Below are positions 40,030 to 51,867 of a stretch of 64,000 bases of DNA, piece by piece. The stretch's first letter is position 1. Every line of letters starts with the position of its first letter. Origin of the DNA: Antechinus flavipes. Taxonomy: Eukaryota. Made by a program: the position numbers and the translations under genes. Where the stretch lies: assembly GCF_016432865.1 (NCBI RefSeq), contig NC_067401.1:283650001-283714000 (forward strand). The letters run 5' to 3'. The notes under the pieces are model-generated. The model searched no databases and was not told where the DNA came from. It worked only from the letters and a program-made list of their open reading frames with translations.

Positions 40030-40650
40030 GGAAGGGGGGTGGGAGTGGTTTGGGGTAGAGGGGGAGAAGGGAAGGAAAAAAAGAAACAGGTTGATAGTGT
40101 TTACTTTGGGGATAGCCCGTTGCTGGCCAGGATAAGTCTAAAACCACAGCCTTCTTTTACTCCTTTAGCCCCAGTTTTCAGCCTAAAGTCTAAGAATTTT
40201 ACCCTAGGAGGGGCGGGCACACCCCTTTAGAAGATGGATCTGTTTCCGTGTCTGCATCCTTTGCTTCCCTCCTGGCTCCGCCCCACCTTTCCTCTGGCAC
40301 CGGGTGACTTTGCCGCCATCTAGGAAGCTGCAAACTGTCTGATGGGAGACTATTTATTTAAAACCACCTGGTTTACAGGGATCCCGCCTCACCTGCACCC
40401 TCTCCACCCTCTTCTCCTCCTTCCCGACTCGCCAGCAATTTGCGACCGTTGTGCTGCAGGCTTGTCAGGCTCAGGTTTCTTTCAGTCTACACACGTGCTG
40501 CAGCCTGCATTTGCCCTAAGTGCACATTCTCTTCTCGATTCAGCCCCTCCCTTCCTTGGGTGAGGGTTTTTTTTTTTTGTGTGTGTTTTTTTTTTCTTGG
40601 GGCGGGGGGGTGGTGGGGGGGTTTGTCTGCTTTTCTTCAGTACCTAGAGA
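40030..40650 (+). promoter_or_regulatory. Candidate internal/alternative CRYBG1 promoter
   Basis: GC boxes GGGGCGGGC 40210-40218 and GGCTCCGCCCC 40274-40284, CACACCC 40218-40224, TATA-like TATTTAAAA 40355-40363, E-boxes, raised CpG content, non-repetitive sequence. Confidence 0.5.
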
Positions 40651-41882
40651 TGGCTGCTTTTTGGTCTTCTGCCACTCTTGGACCCAATTTCTCTCCCAGT
40701 TTGCGGTTGGGACCAGATGATTCATTCCTCCCCTAAAAGAACACCTTTAGGGATGCAGCTAAGTCCCTGCCCTTCTCTATCAGTCCTAGAGAGGAAGTGT
40801 AGAATTGAGGACCCGGGACTTCTAGCCCTTGGGTGCAAGCGAACTTTTCCTGCCAGCTTTTTCTCTAGTCCTCTTGCCCACTTCCAGGAGGGCAGTTGTG
40901 AGCGTGCGAGGATAAAACCTCATTTTCTCCGCCCAAAAGACCCACGCAGTTTAAAAAGAAATTTTTTTTTCCCAGAGCTAATTTGTGCTTGTTTTGAGGC
41001 CTCAGTAAAATAAGTTGGTGGATCATGAAAGCTAATGTTTGAGGTGAACACTTGCTTCTGGTTAGGATTGTTTGATCCAATTCTTGGGAGAGAAATTGCA
41101 TTTGGCTTTCTCGCTAGTAGTTCACAGTATAAGAAGTTCTAAGTTTATAGGTCGGGTGGAGGCCAGGTGGTTATTTCCAGAGTTTTTATCTTCTAATTAC
41201 AGGTCACTAAATTAAAATGACTCCTCTCTATTACCCAGGTAGAAGACCATACAGTACACTTATCCCCCTTTTTTCTTTTTTATTATTAAAAGTTTTTATT
41301 TTCTAAATATGCATAGGTAATTTAACATTCACCCCTACAAGGTCCTGTGTTTCAAATTTTTTCTCTTGCTTCCTCCCACACTTTCCTCTAGATTGCAAGT
41401 GATCCAATATATTTAACCCCCAATTTCTACCTTGAAAATACACTAAGATAATATTTAGATTATATTGTTTTGGATAAGTTGATGTGATACTTTTTCTTTA
41501 CAAAAATGATTGGGAATTGTGCAAATTTTTTCTTATTTTATTTACTTAATACACATTTTTTTATGAATCATGTTAGGGGAGAGAAATCAGAACAAAAGAG
41601 GAAAATCACCGGAGGGAAAAAAAGCAGAAGTGAACATAGCATGTGTGGAAGTATACATACTCACATTAGATTTTCAAAAGTTTAAGACATGTTTAAAGAC
41701 ATATTTGTGAAATGGCTCTCACTTGTGGTGTGATGAGGCAGATTTAGGACAAAATGCAGGTATTACATTTTTCTAGAGGAGATTACTGTATTTTAATAAA
41801 TCTTTTGGGTTTAGGTGATGCTATCAGGGAATGAAGTAAAGAAGGGGTAATCCTGAGGTTAATTTCTCTCTGTCTTTTTCAG

Positions 41883-43536
41883 TCCAGAGCACAACCACCA
41901 GAAGAGAATAAGAGGAAACCAGTTTTGGGGAAACTTGGAAACCTGTTCACTGCTGGGAGAAGGCGGAATACCAGGAATGGATCTGAGGGTTCTACAAACT
42001 CAGTTCCTAAATTAGTTTCTCCTTCTAAGCTGTCAGAAAAAGAGAAGGAAAAAAGTAAATCTGGCATTCAATCAAAAAATCCAGATGGATCTGTAGAGAG
42101 CTCATCTACAGAAAAAACACATGAGCCAGAGAATGACCATGCAGAGGACCAGGGCCAAACAAACTCTCTTGATGCTGAGCTGTCATCTTGCTTGAGCAAC
42201 AGTGAAACAGTGGCTGTACAACTCTGTGATGAAAGTGATTCATCCAAATTAGAACCTTCAGAGCAAGGAAGAGACACTTTCCCAGATCCCACAGCCACTG
42301 CCAAGGACCTGCCTTCCAATCCAGAATATTCCTCTAGGCAAGAGAACTCAGAGATCCTTCCTCCCAGTTTGGAGAAACTTTCAGGCAGTAGTCACTCAAG
42401 CGAGGAGGATAAAAGGTGTCTAACCAATGGCTCTCCAGAAGACTCAAACAGCCATCCACCTGAAAACTCGTTCATTTTAACCAGCTTACCAAAAGAGCTG
42501 GGTGGAAATTGTCTAAGTAATTTGCAGATTGAGAGCACAGACAGTAAGCCCGAGTTTTCGCATGCAACCTCAAAGGCTGTGCCATGTGCTTCAGATTCCA
42601 AAACCAACGAGCGTGCACACCCAGCTAAAGTTTTAACTTTGGATATTTATCTGAGGAAGACGGAGGAGGTGTCCCCCGTGGATGAACCAGTGGTTGTTTC
42701 TCTAGCGGAAGAAGATTGCAGTGATTCTGAGGAGATGGAAAAGCGGTCGAATGGCAGAAGGTCAGGGAGGAGGAGAAAATCTCAGAAATCGACTGACGCA
42801 CTCAACGGAGATAAAGTTCCGGTTGAGACTGTTACAAGTGAAGACTCCGTATTTGCTGAGGATGCCTCACCCGCTGCAGTGGCAGAAAAAGTCTCTGGGG
42901 AGAAGAAAGTAAAATCGCCGCAGGCAGCAACTGCTGCAGCTGCTTTACCTGAAAGGGGCGCTTTGGGATCTGGCCACGCGGACTCCAAGGCAGCGGCTGC
43001 ACACCTGAAAGGACACTCGAAAGGAGACTCGGACAAAGGCAGGCAGCCCCAGCTCCCCTCCACTTCCCCTACCAAAAGGAAGAGCAGAAGCCGTCTGCCT
43101 GAAGCTAGCCCCCTCTCACCTCCTGGAGGCTCCAAAAATCAAGGCAAAGATTCCCCTCCTAAAAAGCAATCCGGGGCGGCTCCCGACGGGAATTCCGCTA
43201 GTACATCCAAGGCACCGCAGCAGGAGAAAAGGCAGCGCCCGCAGCTGGGGAAAAGGCAGCGACAGCCGCTGGACCGGGTAATGAGAACGGGGAGGAAGGG
43301 GCGGTGGCAGCAAAGGTTATTCCTCGCGAGCTCCCCGTAAAGAGCAGCACGTTGCTGCCCGAAATCCGCCCAGAGCACAAGAGAAGCTCTTTCCTCAACC
43401 ACTTGGATGGCAGAGCCGAGGGGGGCAGAAACAGAGGCGAGCTAACGAGACTACCAGCCAGTTCTGACCCTGACAACTGCAAACACAGAAATCACTTGGG
43501 TGCTGCTCGAGCAACTGTTACCACTAAAATTAATCT
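41883..43536 (+). CDS. CRYBG1: CRYBG1/AIM1 large coding exon (SRAQPPEENKRKPVLGKLGNLF...TVTTKINL), with an apparent 1-bp frameshift at about 43209-43212
   Basis: Acceptor tctgtctttttcag ends at 41882; donor CT|gtaagt at 43536/43537. Translation matches recalled human CRYBG1 motifs: SRAQPP, KPVLGKLG.LFTAGRRRN, HPAKVLTLDIYL, MEKRS.GRRSGRRR, IPRELPVKSS.LLPEI.PEHKR. The reading frame changes between 43202 and 43337. Confidence 0.93.
42600..43500. promoter_or_regulatory. Exonic CpG island around the internal Met (42735) of CRYBG1
   Basis: Dozens of CpGs and high GC content here, versus strong CpG depletion in the rest of the window (visual estimate). Confidence 0.75.
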
Positions 43537-44719
43537 GTAAGTAACTGCACAATTGAGCTAGCCTTCTGCTGCTTACGGAAGTACCCTGCAGTTGTGGGTG
43601 TTGGGGATTAGGTGAAGTGATTGAGCTACACTTGGGGAAAGGGAAGGGAATTTACATTTTAGTTTAATGACTTAAATTTGAATTTAAGAAAGTGACAGCC
43701 CAGCGTGCAGTTAAACCAGAATGAGGAAATGAGTAAAAGTAGCATGTTTTAAGATTCGTTTAGCAAATTAAAGCGTTATGATTTTTTTCTCCTCTGTGGA
43801 TTGTTGTTTTCTTTTATAAATTTGCCCAAGATATGCTTGAGAATTTAAATCAATTACATAGAAACAAAAGCACATGAACTTTCTGTTTACCCAGTCCCAC
43901 ACCTTGCCAGGTACAGACAGGCTTAAGTCAGTTACAGCAATGTTTTCCAAACTTAGTGAAAACTGAACCTATGAGTAATTTGTATAACAAAGCCAATTAT
44001 TTTTTGACATTAGAATTCTATTTGACTCATAATTAAGAAAGCACAGAAACTTTGAAAATTAAAAATCTTAGTGCTATTTCCATTCAGTATATATTTCCTG
44101 AGTGCCTACTATATGCAATTCAAGGTCCTAGGGTTTACAGTGAATCATCTCTTAACCTTCTTTTATTACTATCTTGGAATAAAATTGCTTAGTCATTTCT
44201 CTCCTTCTTTAGTCTTAGATATCTGAGCTATATGACCTACAGGCAGGTTGAAAACTTATCTTCAATTACCAGATGAGAGATTTGTATCCATCTCCCATTA
44301 TTACTTATTCCTAAAAGATTTGATAAGTAAAACTTGGAGAATGGAATCATAGGATTTGAGGGCCCGAAGGGACTTCAGTATCTCCTAATATAACATGCCC
44401 AGCAAGAGGTCAGTCTCTACTTCATCACCTCCAAAGGCAATACATTCTACTGTTAGAAAGTTTTTCTTGAAATTGAGTCTAAATTGACATCTTGGAAACT
44501 TTTAGCCTTTGTTCCTCATTTTCCCCACCATTACACTAAACAAATAAATCTGATCCCTCCTCTACATTGCTCCTGAACACAGGTACCATGTTCTACCTTG
44601 ATAAATGGAATTTAGGATTATTCTCTACTAGTTTTATTCACTTAACACAACTTTATTGAATTCAGCACAAGCTGTATTGAAATTTACAAAAACATATGAG
44701 ACACTTATGGACAAATAAT

Positions 44720-45490
44720 AGCCAGCATTTCTGTGACAGGAGTGTGCTGGGTGCTAAGAATAGAAATATTAAAGTGAAATATTTCCAGCCCTTAAGGTAT
44801 TTACATTCATTAGGGAGATAGAATACATTTGTGGATAAATAAATGCACTATGTAAACAAAATGAATAGAGAGTAATTTGAGAGAGATCCTAATAATTGAA
44901 GGGGGAGCAGTCTCTTGAAGGAGGTAATGAATTGAGCCTTGAAGGGACCTAGAGATTCTCAGAAGCAGATGTGAAGAAAGAGAACATTCTAGGTGAGGGA
45001 TAGCTGAAACAAAGTCATGGAGGTGGGAGTATCATGGGGAGAAGGCTTATTACAGGTAGGCGTCCTGTAATAAGGAAGTGAGTAATGTTTAACAGGCCTT
45101 CAAAGATAGGTAAGTCATATTGGAAAAGGCCTTCAGAGTCAAAAAGGAGTTTATACTTTTTTTTTTTCTAAAAAACTCCAATAAGGCTGCACTGAAGCTT
45201 CTTGAGCAGAGAAATGATGTTACCGCTTTAGGAATATTGATTTGGCAGTTGTGTGGAGGATGAGATACTGGAAGCAAGAAGCACCATTGAGAAGTCTATT
45301 GTATTAATTCTAGTAAGAAGTGATCAGAACCTGAATAACATGGTTTTGGTTTGACTAGAGCAAGGTCCATTGAGGAGATGGAATGGTTCAGACTATTGAA
45401 TATTTGGTAAAAGTGGAAAAAAAGGAGTGAGGATAATTTCTTAGTTGAACCTGCATAATTAGAAGAATGGTAAGGTCCTCAACAGAAAAG
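44720..45490 (-). mobile_element. L2 fragment
   Basis: gtgctgggtgctaaga...purine-rich L2 antisense pattern. Confidence 0.55.
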
Positions 45491-48149
45491 AAGAAATGAA
45501 AAATAATAATTATGCAAGACAATATTTAAATATTATGGATTAGAGGTAGGAGAATCTCCCCCTTAATTCTGGCCTTGATCATGACCTAGATAGGTAGACA
45601 GGCAGGGAAATCATTGGGAATCAGATTTATTATAGCTAAAAGGTTACTTTTAGTGAAACTGAATGAGATCCCCTAAATCAGTGCAAAAAAATTATCAATG
45701 AACTTTTTAAAAGAAATCTCTTGAGTCCCACCATTGGAATAAACAAATATGATACATATATTAAATAATGCAACAATTACTTACAAAAGCTTGTTCTTTC
45801 TTATTTCCCACATCTTGTCCAAGTATTATTGGTTCTATTTCCATAATATATCTGACATCTCTTCCTTCCTCTCTTTTCAGAGAACCTCCCACTATAGTTT
45901 ACCCAGATTACTGAATTTGAACCAGGGTTCAAATCCAGTGTGATTTAGGGCAGGTTAGTTAATCTCTGAGGGCCTCAATTTATTCATGTGAAAAAATGAA
46001 AAGATTGGCCTAGATTACCTCTAAAATCTCTTCCAGCTGTAAATCTATAATCCTAAGAGTCTGTGACCCATTGGACCATTTTGAACATTTCTTTTAGTTT
46101 CATCTACCCCACTTTCCCCACCCACTACACATAAAATCATAGTACTTTCCTAAAAATGTTTCCCCTGTACTTCTTTACCTCTTACCCTCAATTAATTTTG
46201 GTTATCTTCATTAAGTATCTATTACATGGAAGTCACTGAGCCAGGCACTAGCATATGTAAAAATGAAAAGTGGCATAATCTCTGATTTCCAGTAGTTTAC
46301 AAATTTCTAGAAGGAGAATTAGACTCACATACAAATAAATATGATGAGTGGTAGAACTATTGGAGGAGGAGGAAGAGAAATCAAAAGTAAGGGAGAGTTC
46401 AGTTTGAGCTGGGGATACTGTAAAAGTTTTCATAGAATGTTACTGGAGCCATGCCTTGAAGGAAGATTACCCAAGTGGGTAATAGATCTAAGCCATGATG
46501 GTTAGCCTGTGTGAATGGATAGAGGAAGAATAGGGATTAGAACTGTCTGGCTATCTGGAGCCTAGAATGCCTGAAGGAGAATGGTGCGAAATAAGGTAGG
46601 AAAAATAAACTGGAATGAGATTGTGATTGGATTTCCTTAAGAGCCAGGGGTAAGATTTTTGTATGATCCTAAAATACCATTGAAGATTTTTGAGCAAAGT
46701 ATTGCTTTGACCAGATTTGGGCAACAACAATAATATTAAAATATAAATAATTTATATAGCATTTTAAAGTTTGCAAAGTACTTTACAGGTGTTTCCTCAT
46801 TTTATCCTCAAAAATAAACAGACACACAAAAAAACCTGGGGAAGTAGATGTTATTATTATCCTCATTTTACAGACGGGGAAGCTGGGACAGACAGAAGTT
46901 AAGTGTTTCTTCCAGGGCCATATTCAGTATCTGAGACCAGAACTGAAAATCTGATTTTTAAACCCAGTGCTCTATCCCCATTATTCTATTAGGAAGAATA
47001 TCTTGGTAGCTGTATGGAGGATGGGATTGGAGAGAGAAGAAACTAGGAGTCAGGGATCCCAATTAAGAGGCTTTCATCCTCCAAATTGCATGTTTGCTGA
47101 TAACTTTTGTTTTCATATCATCATTTATCATTATATCCCTCTGTTCTCCTCCACCCAGAGAGTCATCCTTCTTAGGGATAAGGGACTTGACTTGTGATTT
47201 TATTAGCATAGGTAACACCCATATGGTGAAACTTACCTGTGGAGGTCAGCACCTTTTTTGTAACTTATAATCACAGCTGGAGCATTGAAAGATTTACCCA
47301 GAATCACCCAGCCAGCATATGCTGAAGGCAGGTTTTTGAACCTAGATCTAGTTCTCCATTCATTATCATCTACCTCTATAATAAAGAGTTTAAAAAAAAA
47401 GAGAAGAGAGAAATTCAGTTAACTTAACTCCTATCAAATTAGTCTGATAGAGTATGGTATTCTATATCTGTAGCTCCTTACCTCAACAAAGAAGGGACGA
47501 AGGCAAATTCTTTTATCTTGGCAAAAGTTAAACTTGGGCAGTATAATCACACACTATTCAGTTTAGATTTTTTTTTGTTTTTCTCTATTTACCTTGCTGT
47601 CATGATTTTGCATTCTTTTACATGACTTCCTCAGTCTTCCCATGCCTTTGCATTTTTCATATTTCTTATAAGAGAGTAAAATTCAATTATGTTTATATTC
47701 CATAACTTATTATTTATTCTAAGTCAAACTTTTATAAAGTCAAAAATAATGGCTTCTACTTTTTAACTATCTACTCACTTTTTACTCATCTGCTTTTGTC
47801 CCATCAGATCCCTAATGAATGGCTCTTTTATTTCCAAATCCTTTCTTATCAGGATTCTTTCTCTTTCACCTTAATTTCAGTACAGCATTTTTGATATCAT
47901 GACCTAGATTAAATTCCTATGAGTTTGTTGTCCCTTGTCCAGTGCCCATGCCGGATGCAATGTCATGATTATCTCCCTATATATTTTTCTATCTCCTTTG
48001 TTAAATCCTCACCTTTCACCTGCCTATTAATGATTCTTTTCAATGCTTTTTTTTTTTTTTTTTTTTTTTGTCTTTCTGTACTTTTTTCCCTTGGCCATCT
48101 TGCTCATTTCTGTGGGTTCTATTGATCTCCTTTCTAAAGTATTTGTTGT

Positions 48150-48375
48150 TTAGTTGTTTGTTATGTCCAATTCCTTATGACCCTTTTTGAGGTTTTCTTG
48201 GCAAGGATACTAGAGTGGTTTGCCATTTCTTTTTCTAGCTCATTTTATAGATGGGTAAAGTGAGACAAGCAAGGTCACACAGCTGGTAAGTATATTAGGT
48301 CGGATTTGAGCTCAGGAGGATGAGTCTTCAAAACCTTAGACCCTGCACTCTATCCACCAAACCACCTAGCTGCCT
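48150..48375 (-). mobile_element. MAR1-like SINE inside L2
   Basis: gttttcttggcaaggatactagagtggtttgcc motif. Confidence 0.75.
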
Positions 48376-49654
48376 CTTTCTGAAGATGGATCTGAAATTA
48401 TGTCTTTATCTCATAACCTTTCTTCTGAGCTCCGTATACATCCTGTTAGTTGTTAGGATTTTTGAAGATTTATGGGTTCTTGAAATTCAACATATCAAAA
48501 ACTAAGTTGTATTCCTTCACCAAACCTTAAAGTCTTCCTCTCTTCTTTATTTGCTAGTTTCTCTTTATGGTATTATAATACTCCTAGAAAGCCAGGCTCA
48601 TAAACTCAGAGATATCTTTGATTCTGTTTTTTCTTCCTCTCACCTACTAAAATCAGATACCAAGTATCTTTGATTCCACTTGTATTATCATTCACATCTG
48701 ACTCTTCATTTCTCTTTCTACTGAAACCACGAAACTCAGGCTTTTTTTTTTTTTTTTTTTGGTGGAGAGAATTATACTAACTGTGCCTTTATATCCCCAT
48801 CATTGATAGAAATGTTAAATAGCACAAGGAAGGTTGGTGGATAGCATCCAGGCCAAGGAAGGCCTATCCTCAAATACTACCTCAGACACTTCCTGACTGT
48901 GTGTGACCCCAGTTAAGTCATTTACCTTACCCCAAATTCAATTTCTTCATTTGAAAATGGGGGATAACAGCACTTACTTCTCCAGGGTGTTGTGAAGATC
49001 AAATGAAATGATACTGTATTTATAATATTTTACAAACTATGATACACTTCTGTGCAAATGCTAACTGCTATTGTTTTTACTATTATTTTAGCACAAGGTG
49101 AAGTACAGATTTTCTGAGTGTACCAGATTTCCTAAGTTTACCTCACTGCCAAATTGATATTGAACTCTTCTAGTGTGCCAATTCATCCAGTGCCAAAATC
49201 TATATAATTGCATTACTGTCTATCCTATATCACTCAATATTTTCTATAAAAATAAGTATGACATACTTTATTAAGTGATTTTCTAAAATGTAGGTGAACT
49301 ATAGTTAGAATATCCTTCTGATCTATTCATTTAGTAAACTTGTAGACAAAAAGGAAATGAAATTAGACTGGTATGACTTATTGATGATGAAATCAGGCTG
49401 GCTTATTGTAACAACCATTTCCTTTCCTAGGTGTTTACTTATTTCCTTAGTGATTCATTTTAGACCTTCCCCAGAATTGAAGTCAAGCTCACTAGCCATA
49501 GTTTTCAGGCTCTGTTTATTCTCTCCCCTTTTCTGAAGAATTTATTTTGCTTATCAAATTAAATATAGCATTTAAAACTCTCCAATTTATCTTTCCAGCC
49601 ATATTTCATACTACTTTCATTCTATTTAATAGCCATTCTTCTGCTCTTTACTAT

Positions 49655-49922
49655 GTCTTTATCCATCTCCTATCATCCCCATCGTTAGATTGGACTCTCT
49701 TCCTCCTTTCTTTATTCAAGTCTACGTCTTTATCTCTTATCCCCATTCCCACTCTTTCCCCCCATCTCCATTCAAGTCTAAGTCTTTATCCACCTCCTGT
49801 CATCCCCAAACTGATGGTGGAGTCTCTTCCCCCTTTCTCCATTCAGGTCTGTCTTTAGCTGACATTTGTCATCCTCATCCATAAAGTGGACTCTCTTCTC
49901 CCTTTCTCCATTTAAGTCTTTC
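49655..49922. repeat. Degenerate minisatellite, ~69-bp unit, about 4 copies
   Basis: Units start near 49692, 49751, 49819 and 49888 (ggactctcttc...ctttctccattcaagtct). Confidence 0.75.
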
Positions 49923-51867
49923 CCTTCTACAATGCCAAATTCAAGCATCATCCATCTTCAATATGACTCCTCTGTTGGTTTTTCTAGCTATCTCCCTGCT
50001 CTATTCTCCCCTGGCTAAAAATGTTCATAGGCCTAGAATTGCAATGAAAATTGGAGGTAATTTAGTCCAGTTCAGTCATTTTATAAGTAAAGAAACAAAA
50101 ACTTGGAGAGATTAAGTTGCAATATTCAAAGATGCCAGATTAGTCTGTGGCAGGACTAGCCTAGAACTTGGGTTTCCAAATTCAAGTTTCTTCTTACTCT
50201 GTCACCATTGACCTTTCTCTTCTCAGATTTCTTGTAGAACTTTACCTGGTCTTGTCTTTGACATTTATTGAACCTAATCTCACACCTGAGCATCTAGCCC
50301 AAAAAACTTTGTATGTGAGACATGATTAATTAATACATGTTTCTTAAAATTAATGGAACTGAGTAACTATTTGCTTTCTTAAGTGTGCTGTAGAGTAGGA
50401 GTCCTGTTTGGTGAATTGTGAAAGGAAAAGTTTCTTAATGAATAACTCAAATTATCTCACCAGCTGTGGACTGTGAGACCTTTGACTCAGTCACTATTTG
50501 TTTTGTAGCAGTGTCAGAGAGGTAACCTCTCTGAATGATGCCCATTATTTAGAGAATAGTAGGACTGAATAGTGAGTGTAAAGCTATAGCAAAACTTCCT
50601 GAGGCCATTCAGGAAGCACACTTACCTCTCTTCTAGTAACAGCAGTCTACCTAAAATAAACCTGGAAATGTTCAACCTGATTGGGGGGGATAAAGGACTG
50701 CTCCGGTATAAGGAACTAACAGTGAGGAAACTCCCTCTCCCTGGCACCTCCTTTGTAATTTTCCTGGAGCAATGAGAGGTTAAGTGACTTTCCCATCAGT
50801 ACAGAACTAGTATGTATTAAGACATGAGACTTAACTAAGTCTTAGCTCCAAGCTTGGTTCTCTGTAACTCCAAGATGCCTTTATGGAAGGGAAAGGATTT
50901 CAAAATTTTATAGAATTTTAAGCCTGGAAGGGATCACTTAGCCCAAACTCCCATTTTACAGATGAGGAGACTGACACCTAGAATATTGGCATTACCTACC
51001 CAAGTTCATCCACCTAGCTAGTGGCAGAGCTGGAATTGGAGTCCAGATCTCTTGATGGTTCTGGCTCAGTGTTCCTTCCAACATACCACAGTCAAATTTA
51101 TTCCATGTAATAATTCTCAGTAATAAAAAATTTTAGGCTAAAAGGGGTTACTGTTTTAATACATGTTTCTGTTCATTTTATGCCTCCTAATTTATGTTTT
51201 TTTTAAATTAATATCCATTTCCAATGATCTGTTCCATTTCAACTTAATAACATATTTACTTAATCTTACCTTAATGAATATAGTGCTTAGCCTGTAGTCA
51301 GGAAGAGTTCAAATCCTACTTCAGACACTAACTGGGTCACCTAGGCAAATTATTTAACTTCTACCTGCCTCACTTTTCTTAACTGTAAAACAGGGATAAT
51401 AATAGTATTCAACTTCCTAGATTATGGTGAGAATCAAATGAGATAATATTTGTAAAATATTTAAATACAGAGCCTGAACTGAAGTAGGCACTTAAGAAGT
51501 GTTTTTTCCCTTTTCTTTCTCCTTCCCTCCCAATACCACCCTATTGCTTTTAGGATCAAATATAAATTCTTCTGTCTTTTAAAGTACCTTGGGATTTGTC
51601 CCCAACTTACCTTTCTTGCCATGAATTATAGCACCCCTCATTCTTCACTCTGCTGTGAAGGCAGCCTAACTTTCTTGTGTTTCCCGCATGACATTCCTGC
51701 TTCCTTTTTAAAACTCAGCTTAAGTTTTAACTCTCTTCGTGAAACCTTTCCTGCTTCCCTTCCAGCTTCTAGTTCCCTTCCCTGCCCTATTACCCTATCT
51801 TTATTGTATCTAGAGTCAATATTTTCATAGGTAAACGTATCATCTCCCTGATAGAATATAAGCTTTT

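Noticed and set aside
1-41882. Upstream CRYBG1 coding exon (recalled human ALDVVDGKYVVRDSQEF...), other genes, or endogenous viral elements
   Set aside because: No matching translation seen by eye; short ORFs are low-complexity or repeat-derived. A tBLASTn search could still find a diverged piece, and the three gaps are unreadable.
43202-43337. Programmed -1 ribosomal frameshift between the overlapping frames
   Set aside because: No in-frame X XXY YYZ slippery heptamer in the overlap, and homology places a simple missing base at 43209-43212.
41925-43340. ORF-track 471-aa protein starting at TTG
   Set aside because: The TTG is an internal Leu codon of a spliced exon starting at 41883, and the last ~43 residues come from the frameshift.
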